64,000 nucleotides of DNA from Bacillota bacterium (GCA_021797775.1 JAJZZC010000002.1:11761-75760); one strand, 5' to 3'. Shown: positions 9,685 to 18,983, counted from the first letter of the stretch. Notes: generated from the letters alone by a model not told the origin. Translations and numbers: made by a program.

Positions 9685-10013
9685 TTAGCCGCCACCGTCT
9701 CCGGTGAGCCCTCGCCTACCGCCGCGCCTCGTACGCGGCGCGCAGTCGGTTCTCCGCCATCCTTGGCTACGAAGCGGCTCGCGGCTGCGCCGGCCTTTCG
9801 GCCACGGCTTGCTTCGGCGGCCCGCTTCTCTTCGGCGGTCGGGTAGCCGCAGCAGGGCATCAATATCCCGCGACGAGAACCGGCGCTGCCCGCTCTGCAC
9901 AGGCGCGCGGTTGGCACCAGCCGCCCGACCGCCTCCCAGCGGTAGATCGTGCGGACCGAGATGCCGAGTCGCTTCGCCGCCTGCCCCGTCGAGGGCACCC
10001 GTTCCCCTGCCAT
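9685..10013 (-). pseudogene. Xis/MerR-type helix-turn-helix gene interrupted by a 1-nt frameshift
   Basis: One frame gives STGQAAKRLGISVRTIYRWEAVGRLVPT. The expected continuation, APVQSGQRRFSSRDIDALL, is in the -1 frame from about nt 9925. The frame-0 continuation is low-complexity. Confidence 0.55.
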
Positions 10014-10130
10014 ACAGGCATCATCCGATCAGGGGCAGGCGATGTTCGACGGAGCACAAGCTAGTCACAGCACCTCGGGCCGAAGCCGGCTCGTTCGTCC
10101 CGAGCCATGGCTCCCGCGTTGACCCCGGCC

Positions 10131-10264
10131 CGCGAACATCCTCCACGAGGCGGACATCCGGTCACAGGCGGACATCCGGTCACAGGCGGACATCCGGTCA
10201 CAGGCGGACATCCGGTCACAGGCGGACATCCGGTCACAGGCGGACATCCGGTCACAGGCGGACA
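10131..10264. repeat. Tandem array of an 18-bp unit (GGCGGACATCCGGTCACA): 6 perfect copies plus degenerate flanking units
   Basis: Perfect units start at 10149, 10167, 10185, 10203, 10221 and 10239. There is a partial unit at 10257 and a degenerate unit at 10131. Confidence 0.95.
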
Positions 10265-10296
10265 AGAAGGCCGCCATTTTGGCGGCCTTCTTGTCC
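10260..10296. other. Perfect 16-bp inverted repeat with a 5-nt loop, abutting the tandem array
   Basis: ggacaagaaggccgcc-atttt-ggcggccttcttgtcc. No U-tract on either strand. Confidence 0.7.
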
Positions 10297-10505
10297 CCAC
10301 AACTAGAGCACAAAATATGTGTTCGAATTCCCCACGCCGCGATCAACCTGAATCTCGCGGTGTCAGGCGGGCGCTGCGGGCGCAGAAGGACCCCGCGACG
10401 CGAGCGGGTGAGGTCGGGCCGAGGGGCCGGCCCTTGGGCGCCAAGGCGACGAGCCACCCCATTGCGAAAATCAGGATCAATTGGACACGGCGCCGCACAT
10501 TACAA

Positions 10506-10853
10506 TGGTGGAGGTGGGGAGGAGCTGCCCCTCCCGTCCGCGGATCGAAGTACAGCGACCTCTACAGGCTTAGTCCCCGCTTACGGTCATCGCCCCCGCG
10601 GCGTCCCCGGGGACGGGGACCACGGGCGCCAGGCGGAAAATGTCGGTCCTGCGCCTCCGCCGCTGCGCCGGACCCTAGCCCACTCATGACGCCGACCCCG
10701 GCCCCGCGGGCACGGGCCGATCGGCGGTAGCTGCCCTTAGGCCGCTACGGGAAGAGCATTGTCGGCACGTAAGTGCCTGCGCACGGTGTTACGAGGCGTG
10801 CGGCTCGGCCTGCCATCGCTGCCAACGGACCCACGTCGAACCTACGCACCCCC
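10506..10853 (-). ncRNA. ssrA: tmRNA (ssrA), 348 nt, tag reading frame ADNALPVAA-stop
   Basis: The minus strand starts GGGGGTGCGTAGGTTCGACGTGGG and ends CACCTCCACCA, with a G3:U70 acceptor pair. Internal GCC GAC AAT GCT CTT CCC GTA GCG GCC TAA. It sits downstream of smpB. The T-loop is atypical (see findings). Confidence 0.85.
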
Positions 10854-10886
10854 ACGAACCCAGCCTGGGACGAGGAAGCCACGTAG

Positions 10887-10915
10887 AGTGTAGCACGCGG
10901 CCCGCGTGGGAGCAA
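10887..10915 (-). promoter_or_regulatory. Candidate sigma-A promoter of ssrA
   Basis: Minus strand reads TTGCTC-17 nt-TACACT with TGC immediately upstream of the -10. It lies about 34 nt upstream of the mature 5' end. Confidence 0.45.
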
Positions 10916-11454
10916 CGGGGGCGGGCCGGGCAGCCGGATGGAGCCGGTCGTGTGCGGGCGCTCCGCGGCAGGCGCCGTGCCGGCGCGCCATCGACGGCGG
11001 CCGGTGGCCCGCGCGGGTGCTACGCGGCGGCCGCGGGCGGGGGTGGTACGGCGCTCGTCCGCCCCGCTCTGCGCCGCTCTGCGCCGGCACACCTCCGCCC
11101 CGCCGTTCCTCCACCGCCCGCAATGCCCAGTCGCTCAGGCTTGCGGCGAATGGCGCGGCGGCGGCGCGGGAGTGCGTATCTCGGCGTGCGGCGGGGGTAG
11201 GCCGACGGTGTAAGCCCGTGCCCAAGCGCGCCGCCACGGGCATTGAAACGGTGCCTGGCGCAAAGCGCCACCGGTACCCGCGGGAGATCCGCCCCCGCCA
11301 CCGAACGTGCGTTGCTGCAGCTCCAGCAGGTGGCGGATGGAAGCCGACGTCTCGCGCTCAGCGCAGGACACCATCCTCAAGGCCATGAGCCAGGTCTTCA
11401 TCGGCCTGCCGCTCTCCGTCCTAGGGCGATATGCGCATACGCAGCCCCCCGCCG

Positions 11455-11946
11455 TCACCAGCGCTGTCGTCCCGCCATGGCGCGGTCCGTGTCGCGCGCC
11501 TGGTCGCGCTCAGCGATCGCCTGCCGCTTGTCGTAGTCGTGCTTGCCGCGCGCCATCGCCAGCGCGACCTTGGCCCGTCCTCTTTTCAAGTAGAGCGACA
11601 GCGGTACCAGGGTGTGCCCGCCCTGGCGCGCATAGCGCAGCAGGTCGTCGATCTCCGCACGGTGCAACAGGAGCTTGCGCGTGCGCAACGGCTCGTGGTT
11701 CCACCGATTGCCAAAGGCGTACGGCGCGATGTGCATGCCGAACAGCAACGCCTCACCGTGTTCGACACGGGCGAAGGACTCTCGCAACTGCACCCGTCCG
11801 GCGCGGATCGAGCCGATCTCCGTCCCCGTCAGCACGAGCCCGGCCTCTACGGTGCCTTCAATGAAGTAGTCATGGCGCGCGCGACGATTCTCGGCGACGA
11901 CGCGGATACCGTCACGTCCCTCGTCTTCGCGCCGCACCCTCGCCAC
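11455..11946 (-). CDS. smpB: SsrA-binding protein SmpB
   Basis: Contains NRRARHDYFIEG, GTEIGSIRAGRVQLRESF, LLLHRAEIDDL and KGRAKVALAMARGKHDYDKR. A GTG start at 11946 was chosen inside ORF 11455..12012. Confidence 0.9.
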   Translation of the reverse strand: MARVRREDEGRDGIRVVAENRRARHDYFIEGTVEAGLVLTGTEIGSIRAGRVQLRESFARVEHGEALLFGMHIAPYAFGNRWNHEPLRTRKLLLHRAEIDDLLRYARQGGHTLVPLSLYLKRGRAKVALAMARGKHDYDKRQAIAERDQARDTDRAMAGRQRW

Positions 11947-12095
11947 GCCCACCACCTCCTCCAGCGCTGCCCACAGAAAGGCCCAGACAGAAACGGCCGA
12001 TGCCGCGCCCATCGGGCGCCCACATCGGCCCCGGCACCGGAAGAGTCGAAGCCAGCATACGGGCGCGCGGCGACCCGCGCAAGGGGCCCTGCCCG

Positions 12096-12383
12096 CTAGC
12101 CGCCGGCCACCGCCGGCAGGATCGAGACCCGGGCGCCGCCGCGCACCTCGGTATCCAGGCCCTGTAGGAAGCGCACGTCCTCCTCGTCCACAAAGACGTT
12201 GACGAAGCGCCGCAGCGTCCCGTCCGGCTCGCAGATGCGCGCCTTGAGGCCCGGGTAAGCGCCGTCCAAGTGGTCAATCAGTCCGCGCAGCGTCCCAGCC
12301 GGGCCGCGAACCTCCCCCTCCCCCCGGGTCAGGGTGCGGAGCGGTCCCGGCACACGGACACGGACCTCGGCGTCGTTCGGCAA
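12096..12383 (-). CDS. MoaD/ThiS-family sulfur-carrier protein (C-terminal Gly-Gly)
   Basis: 95 aa ending ...ILPAVAGG, with a ubiquitin-like beta-grasp pattern. TTG start with GAGGAGGG 6 nt upstream. Confidence 0.8.
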   Translation of the reverse strand: MPNDAEVRVRVPGPLRTLTRGEGEVRGPAGTLRGLIDHLDGAYPGLKARICEPDGTLRRFVNVFVDEEDVRFLQGLDTEVRGGARVSILPAVAGG

Positions 12384-12557
12384 CCTTCGCCCTCCTCGAT
12401 CCGCTCGTTCTCTGACAGGGCGGTGGCCCTGCCGCCCTAGGGCGCCGCATAAGACGCTTGTGGGTGACGGCGGCCGCAGCCTGTGGGGCCGCGGCTGCCG
12501 TTGAGGCCACCACCGGTGGGATCGGGGCTCACCTCAAGCGACCTTTGCAGCGCACTC

Positions 12558-13793
12558 CTAGGCTACGGCACCGGCCAGCGCCTGCGCGAAGGCCTCCAAG
12601 CGCGGCTCGATCGCCGCGACGGGGGGCAACGCCCCGGCCACCGCGTCGAGCGTCTTGAGCCCGTTGCCCGTAATGTACAGCACCACCGTCTCGTCGGGAT
12701 CGATGCGGCCTGCGCGGGCAAGCTTCCGGGCACAGGCCACGGTGACGCCGCCAGCGGTCTCGGTGAGGATCCCCTCGGTCGCGGCCAGCAAGCGCATGCC
12801 TTCGACAATCTCCTCGTCCGTCGCCATCTCCGCCGCCCCCCCGCTCTCGCGGATCGTGCGCAGCGCGAAGTCCCCGTCCGCCGGGTTGCCGATAGCCAGC
12901 GACTTCGCGATCGTGTGTGGTCGGACGGGTGTTACGTGGTCGGCGCCTCGCGCGAACGCCGAGCTGACGGGGGCACAACCGCTGGCCTGAGCCCCGGAAA
13001 CCCGCGTCGCCCCCGCGGGGATCCAGCCCAGGTCGCGCAGCTCGCGAAAGCCCTTGGCGATCTTGGTCAGCACGGAACCACCGGCGATGGGCACGACCAC
13101 ATGGTCAGGTGCGCGCCAGCCGAGCTGTTCGGCTGTCTCGTAGGCGAGCGTCTTGCTGCCCTCGGCATAGAATGGCCGCAGGTTGATGTTCACAAAGCCC
13201 CAGCCGAAGGTGTCCGCAACCTCCGAGCACAGGCGATTGACGTCATCATAACTACCGCGCACCGGCACCAGGTTCGTGCCGTATACGGCGGTGCCCACCA
13301 CCTTGGCCGGTTCGAGGTCGGCGGGAATGAAGACATAGCTGCGCATCCCGGCGCGCGCGGCGTGGGCCGCCACCGAGGCGGCCAGATTCCCCGTCGAGGC
13401 ACAGGCGAGCACGTCCAAGCCAAACTGCAGGGCCGCCGACACGGCGGTGCCCACCACCCGGTCCTTGAAGGAGTAGGTGGGGTTCACGGCGTCGTTCTTG
13501 ATGTAGACATGCCGCAGACCCAGGGCCCGTCCCAGGTTGTCCGCTCGCAGGAGCGGGGTGAAGCCGGTGCCAAGATCGACCACCGGCGCACCCGGCAGCA
13601 GGGGCAGTAGCGCCTGGTACCGCCACATCGTGGCCGGGCCAGCCGCGATATCCTCACGACGCACCGCACGCGTACGCGCCGCGTAGTCATAATGGACCTC
13701 CAGCGGCCCCAGGCACTCCGTGCACACATGCACCGGCCCCGGCGCACAGATCGTGCCGCACGCGCGGCAGCGCATCCCAATGACAAACGACAC
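12558..13793 (-). CDS. Threonine-synthase-like PLP enzyme with an N-terminal zinc ribbon (MetM-like candidate)
   Basis: CRACG...CTECLG ribbon, PLP-lysine motif NPTYSFKDRVVG and glycine loop PIAGGSV. The start is ambiguous (GTG at 13793 has good SD spacing; ATG at 13802 and 13775 are alternatives). Confidence 0.85.
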   Translation of the reverse strand: MSFVIGMRCRACGTICAPGPVHVCTECLGPLEVHYDYAARTRAVRREDIAAGPATMWRYQALLPLLPGAPVVDLGTGFTPLLRADNLGRALGLRHVYIKNDAVNPTYSFKDRVVGTAVSAALQFGLDVLACASTGNLAASVAAHAARAGMRSYVFIPADLEPAKVVGTAVYGTNLVPVRGSYDDVNRLCSEVADTFGWGFVNINLRPFYAEGSKTLAYETAEQLGWRAPDHVVVPIAGGSVLTKIAKGFRELRDLGWIPAGATRVSGAQASGCAPVSSAFARGADHVTPVRPHTIAKSLAIGNPADGDFALRTIRESGGAAEMATDEEIVEGMRLLAATEGILTETAGGVTVACARKLARAGRIDPDETVVLYITGNGLKTLDAVAGALPPVAAIEPRLEAFAQALAGAVA

Positions 13794-13833
13794 CCGCCCC
13801 ATCCTCCCCTGCCGAACGAAAGGCCGGGAACGC

Positions 13834-13872
13834 AAAAAACCGAGCCCCTTCCGGTGAGGAAGAGGCTCGGTA
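13834..13872 (-). terminator. Intrinsic terminator (expression platform of the SAM riboswitch)
   Basis: Minus strand reads ACCGAGCCTCTTCCTCACCGGAAGGGGCTCGG followed by TTTTTT. Confidence 0.75.
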
Positions 13873-13876
13873 TGAG

Positions 13877-14000
13877 ATCATCTTCCCCTTATCTTCCAGG
13901 CCTTAAGGCCTGCCGGAATTGGCACCGCGTCTGCCCGGAGGACACAGACCGGTTGCCGGGCTTCATCGGGCCAGTCCCTCCACCTCTCTAGATAAGAGAA
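13877..14000 (-). promoter_or_regulatory. SAM-I (S-box) riboswitch aptamer
   Basis: Minus strand: TTCTCTTATCTAGAGAGGTGGAGGGACTGGCCCGATGAAGCCCGGCAACC...GGTGCCAATTCC...GAAGATAAGGGG. This matches the S-box consensus blocks, including P1 pairing. Confidence 0.9.
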
Positions 14001-14330
14001 CGCGTATGCGGTTGTTGTCGAGCAAAACCATACCAGCGCCGCCGCCCAGCGTCAAGCACCCCGTGGGAGCGAGCTGGGGCAACGGTGGGTCCCAGCTCGG
14101 GGGGCTGCGCGCCCCCGCTGCGGCCGCGGGCCAAGGGCCCGATAGGCGCCGCGACGCGTTGAGTCGCACGCACGCCGCCGCGCGGCCGATGGGAGGGCTC
14201 GCTAGGCGAAACGATCGGAGGGATGCTGGAACGGCCGGCCCTCCCCACCATCCGCTCAAGAAGCGCGCAAGCGTACCGGTTGGCCGCGGACAAGGCGCGC
14301 CCCCCGGCGCCCGGACGTCCGCGATCCCCT

Positions 14331-14359
14331 GCACCATGACGACAGCTAAGTGTTATCAT
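14331..14359 (+). promoter_or_regulatory. Candidate extended -10 promoter for vapBC
   Basis: TGT-TATCAT at 14351..14359 with a weak -35. This places ATG 14358 inside the -10 and so favours ATG 14385 as the vapB start. Confidence 0.35.
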
Positions 14360-14384
14360 GCTGTGCAGGGGGGGGGTGGCGGGG

Positions 14385-14624
14385 ATGGTGCGCACCCAAG
14401 TCCAGTTGACTGAGGAGCAGGCGATCGCCCTGAAGCAATTGGCAGCGCGCCGCGGCGTGTCGCTGGCCGAACTCGTGCGGAACGCCATCGATCGTCTGCT
14501 GGCCGACGCGGACCGGCGAGAAAGGCGGGCACGGGCCCTCTCCCTGCTGGGCCGGTATCAGGACAGCGGGAGCGATGTGGCTCGCCAGCACGACCGGTAC
14601 CTGGTGGAGGAGGACGGCCACTAG
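14385..14624 (+). CDS. vapB: Type II antitoxin (ribbon-helix-helix/VapB-like)
   Basis: MVRTQVQLTEEQAIALKQLAARRGVSLAELVRNAIDRLL is an RHH-type N-terminus. Its stop overlaps the start of the PIN gene (TAGTG). Confidence 0.7.
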   Translation: MVRTQVQLTEEQAIALKQLAARRGVSLAELVRNAIDRLLADADRRERRARALSLLGRYQDSGSDVARQHDRYLVEEDGH

Positions 14625-15028
14625 TGGGGGTCTTCGTCGACACATCGGCGCTGTATGCGGCGCTAAGTACGCGCGATGAGTGCCACGACCGGGCCCGTAC
14701 ACAGTGGACCGTCCTGCTCAACGAGGACGGGGACCTGGTGACCAGCAACTACGTCCTCGTGGAAACCATGGCGCTACTGGGGAGGAGGCTAGGTCTGCAA
14801 GCCGTGCGGGATTTCCAGACGGCCTTTGTCCCGATCCTGGACGTGTCTTGGATAGAAGCTGTGCTGCACGATCGCGCCCTTTCGGCTCTGCTGGCAGCCA
14901 ATACGCGCGAACTGAGCCTGGTTGACTGCACCAGCTTCGAGGTCATGCGGACCCTCGGGCTGCAAACCGCCTTCGCCTTCGACGACCATTTCCGCGCGCA
15001 GGGCTTCCACATGCTTCCTGACGCCTAG
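14624..15028 (+). CDS. vapC: PIN-domain ribonuclease toxin VapC
   Basis: VFVDTSALYA (first acidic residue), NYVLVET, LVDCTSFEVM and FAFDDHF are the four conserved acidic PIN positions. Confidence 0.85.
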   Translation: MGVFVDTSALYAALSTRDECHDRARTQWTVLLNEDGDLVTSNYVLVETMALLGRRLGLQAVRDFQTAFVPILDVSWIEAVLHDRALSALLAANTRELSLVDCTSFEVMRTLGLQTAFAFDDHFRAQGFHMLPDA

Positions 15029-15177
15029 GAAAGTGGCGCGAGGCGCAACGGGCGCGCCAGCCGCTCAGCCGGCGGCACCCCCAAGGGACGACACGCCGCC
15101 CGCATACAGGCGGGGGACGCCTGGCCTTCCGGCCAGCCGCCCCCCTTGTCCGCGCTTCCCGGTGCGGTGGCACTCGG

Positions 15178-16281
<1,104 letters not shown>

Positions 16282-16690
16282 GCGCCTCACCTTCCCCCCG
16301 CGAGTCGGCCGGCGGCCGGCTCCGGCCGGGCCGCTCGTCGCCGCCTGGCTAGACAATACGTCCCGGGCCGCCCGATTCCTGCAACCCCAGCGGGCGACTC
16401 CACACCCTGCGTCGCGGGCACCCCGACGGGGGGCAGAGCCGCACCAGATCGTCGCGGGACCAAGTCGCGAACGCCCCGCCCTCAGAGTGCGCCCCAGGGC
16501 GAACGGTGGCAACCACTGAGATGCTGGCGGCGGGCCCAGATTCGGCCTGTGGCGCCAAGGATGGTGCCCGCGCCGCCCGGAAGGGCATCTCGCCCAGGCT
16601 CTGCCGCATCCGGAGGACCGACCGAACGCCCTGCGGCGCTAGAGCCCGGTTCCTGGGGCTGCCGTGCCAGAGGAGGTCCGCAGCAGCCCG

Positions 16691-17734
16691 CTAGCCGACG
16701 GGGACCGCCAGCTCCGGCGGCACGTCCTCCTCCAGGAAGTAGAGGACGCGCTCCTTCTTGAATTCGCGGCTACTCCAGAGGTAAGCGTGTTCCGCCACCG
16801 CCGTGCGCTCGGCGATGGCCTCCAGCGTGCGCAGGCACTCCTCCCGCGAGCGGCCGTGCACCATGGTGTAAAGGTTGTAGGGAAAGTCTGGATAGGTAGG
16901 GCGCTCGTAGCAGTGGCTGACCGCGGCGAAGGACGCCATGAGCGAGCCCACCTCGTCCACGCGCTCCGGTGGCACCTTCCAGACGCCCATGGCGTTACTG
17001 ACGAAACCGGCGTTCTGGTGGCGGAGCACAGCGGCGAAGCGGCGCATCTTGCCGCACGCCTGCATACCGGCGCACCACGCGAACACCGAATCCTCATCAC
17101 ACCCCAACCGGGCACAGGCGGGCAGGAACGGTCGGGATTCGGCCGGCAGGTCCCGCTGCAACTCGCGGATCATGGCGATGTCCCGCGGCGTCAGATCCAC
17201 GCGCTGCCCGCGCTCGACGTCCTGCCCGGCATAGACGCGGGCGGTCTCGCGGGCTTCGGGCGCGCGCTCACCGGCGACATCGAGGCGGACGCCGATCTTG
17301 AAGAGTCGAAGCGTGGGCAGGACCCGCGTGCGCTCCGCACCGACTTCGTGCCCCAGGGCCTGCGCCACCTCCGCCACGTCCTGCCAGGGGGGCACGGCCA
17401 GGGTGAACCAAAGGTTGTAGTCGTGCTGGCGGGCGTAGTTGTGGCTCACCCCTGGGTGGGCCGAGATCCGTTGCGCACCGGCATCCAACCGCTCCGGCGG
17501 CAGGCGCATCGCCACGAGGGTCGATCGGTATCCCAGGGCGCGGGTATCGAAAATGGCGCTGATCTGGCGGACGATGGCAGCGCCCCGCAGCCGCGCGATG
17601 CGGGCCAACACGTCCTCCTCGTCCGTACCGAGGGTCGCCGCCAAGGCGGCGTAGGGCGCGGGCACGAGCGGAAAGTCCTCCTGGATGCGGTTGAGCAACC
17701 GCCTGTCGAGGCTATCCAGTGTCGCGAGGGCCAC
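16691..17734 (-). CDS. Fused AsnC-like siroheme decarboxylase (NirDL / AhbA-AhbB type)
   Basis: Two tandem modules: LDSLDRRLLNRIQEDFPL...HPGVSHNYAR..YNLWFTL, and LTPRDIAMIRELQRDLP...AVSHCYERP...YNLYTMVH. GTG at 17734 with GGGAGGGGGAGGAG upstream. Confidence 0.75.
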   Translation of the reverse strand: MALATLDSLDRRLLNRIQEDFPLVPAPYAALAATLGTDEEDVLARIARLRGAAIVRQISAIFDTRALGYRSTLVAMRLPPERLDAGAQRISAHPGVSHNYARQHDYNLWFTLAVPPWQDVAEVAQALGHEVGAERTRVLPTLRLFKIGVRLDVAGERAPEARETARVYAGQDVERGQRVDLTPRDIAMIRELQRDLPAESRPFLPACARLGCDEDSVFAWCAGMQACGKMRRFAAVLRHQNAGFVSNAMGVWKVPPERVDEVGSLMASFAAVSHCYERPTYPDFPYNLYTMVHGRSREECLRTLEAIAERTAVAEHAYLWSSREFKKERVLYFLEEDVPPELAVPVG

Positions 17735-17753
17735 GCTTCTCCTCCCCCTCCCG

Positions 17754-18344
17754 TTACGCCGGACCCGCCCGGGACGTAGCGTCCACGTGCCGGACAGGGG
17801 TTCCAGGCCCCATCCAGGCGGCCTCGCCCAACGTATCGCGATGGCGGTGCGCAATGCGGGAGGCGGCGGCCGCCACGACCGCCGCGATCAGATCATCGAG
17901 AAAGGTGTTACAACGCCCGTCCGCGTGTCCGCCGCGGTCGACGCCGCCGACGACACCAGGCTTGACCTTGTCCAGATAGCCGAAGTTCGTGAAGCCGATG
18001 CTACCATAGATGTTGACGATAGAGAGCGCCAGGACCTCGTCGATCCCATACAACGGGTCGTCGTGGCGGACCGTGCTCAACAAGGGTTCCGGCAAGGCGC
18101 CGCGCTCGGCCAGTTCATCCAGGGCGATGCCGGTGAGCAGGGCATTGCACACCTCACGCTTGGCCAGCACAGCCTCGACGCTCTCCAGGCATTCGGCCGC
18201 ATCCAGACCCGGGACGAAGGCACACTGCAACCGCAGGACCAACTCGGCCAAGTCGGCCAGGGCGACGCCTCGGTTCCGCAGGTGGGTCTCGCAGATGGCA
18301 CGCGCCTCGGCCCCCGCCTGCTTGCCCGCCGCGTGTTTCGCCAA
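17754..18344 (-). CDS. YutG/PgpA-family phosphatidylglycerophosphatase-like protein
   Basis: RGVALADLAELV, LALSIVNIYGSIGFTNFGYLDKVKPG and TFLDDLIAAVVAAAASRIAHR recall B. subtilis YutG (from memory). TTG at 18344 with GGGAGGG 6 nt upstream. Confidence 0.6.
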   Translation of the reverse strand: MAKHAAGKQAGAEARAICETHLRNRGVALADLAELVLRLQCAFVPGLDAAECLESVEAVLAKREVCNALLTGIALDELAERGALPEPLLSTVRHDDPLYGIDEVLALSIVNIYGSIGFTNFGYLDKVKPGVVGGVDRGGHADGRCNTFLDDLIAAVVAAAASRIAHRHRDTLGEAAWMGPGTPVRHVDATSRAGPA

Positions 18345-18375
18345 CCCCGTCCCTCCCGACCGGCGCCAGGGCATG

Positions 18376-18408
18376 AGTGTAGCACGCGGCACGGGATGGG
18401 GCGCGCTG
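18376..18408 (-). promoter_or_regulatory. Candidate extended -10 promoter upstream of the yutG-like gene
   Basis: Minus strand reads GCCGCGTGCTACACTC, a 16-nt block identical to the one in the ssrA promoter (10886..10901). The -35 is weak. Confidence 0.35.
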
Positions 18409-18536
18409 CGGCGGGGCCCTCCCGGGGGGCGGGCGCGGCTAGTCGCTAGGCCGGCGATGCACATGCGTCGCCAAGCCTGGCGGCACCGAGAGCCCAACCC
18501 CCGGAGAAGGCCGCGCAGGCGAAGTGTGGCAGCCTC

Positions 18537-18983
18537 CTACGGCTCCTCTGTCGCGGATTGGCCCAGGGCGCGCAGCAGGGCATTCCAGGCCAGCGTGGCG
18601 CACTTGACCCGCACGGGAAACTGGGCGACCCCGGAAAGGGCGACCAGGTCGCCAAGGTGCTCCGGGGCCTGGCCGCCGCTGAGCATCCCCTTGAAGTCCC
18701 GGCTGAGCAGGACGGCATCGTCCACGCTCCTGCCCTTGAGGGCCTCAGTCATCATCGAGGCGGAGGCCATGCTGATGGAGCAGCCGCGCCCCGTGAAGCG
18801 CGCGTCGGCCACCACGCCGTCGCGCACGGCCAGGGAGAGCTGGATCTCATCGCCGCAGGTGGGGTTCTGCAGTTCCACGCGCAACGCGTCCGCACCCTCG
18901 AGCCGACCCCGATTGCGGGGGCTCTTATAGTGTTCAAGGATGACCTCGCGATACAGGTCCTCCAGACCGCCGCCGCTACCCAT
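18537..18983 (-). CDS. sufU: Fe-S cluster assembly sulfur-transfer protein SufU
   Basis: Contains YREVILEHYKSPRNRG, NPTCGDEIQL, GCSISMASASMM and VKCATLAW. ATG at 18983 overlaps the sufS stop. Confidence 0.9.
   Translation of the reverse strand: MGSGGGLEDLYREVILEHYKSPRNRGRLEGADALRVELQNPTCGDEIQLSLAVRDGVVADARFTGRGCSISMASASMMTEALKGRSVDDAVLLSRDFKGMLSGGQAPEHLGDLVALSGVAQFPVRVKCATLAWNALLRALGQSATEEP

Noticed and set aside
10107-10730. ORF translating the 18-bp array as a (GGHPVT)6 repeat protein
   Set aside because: The flanks are Arg/Pro-rich with no RBS. The ORF runs through the ssrA gene in antisense. The repeat is better explained as non-coding DNA.
11135-11864. ORFs between ssrA and smpB (minus 11135..11458, plus 11307..11864)
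   Set aside because: They are mutually antisense. The plus ORF runs antisense into smpB, and neither has an RBS or motif. The region was left unannotated.
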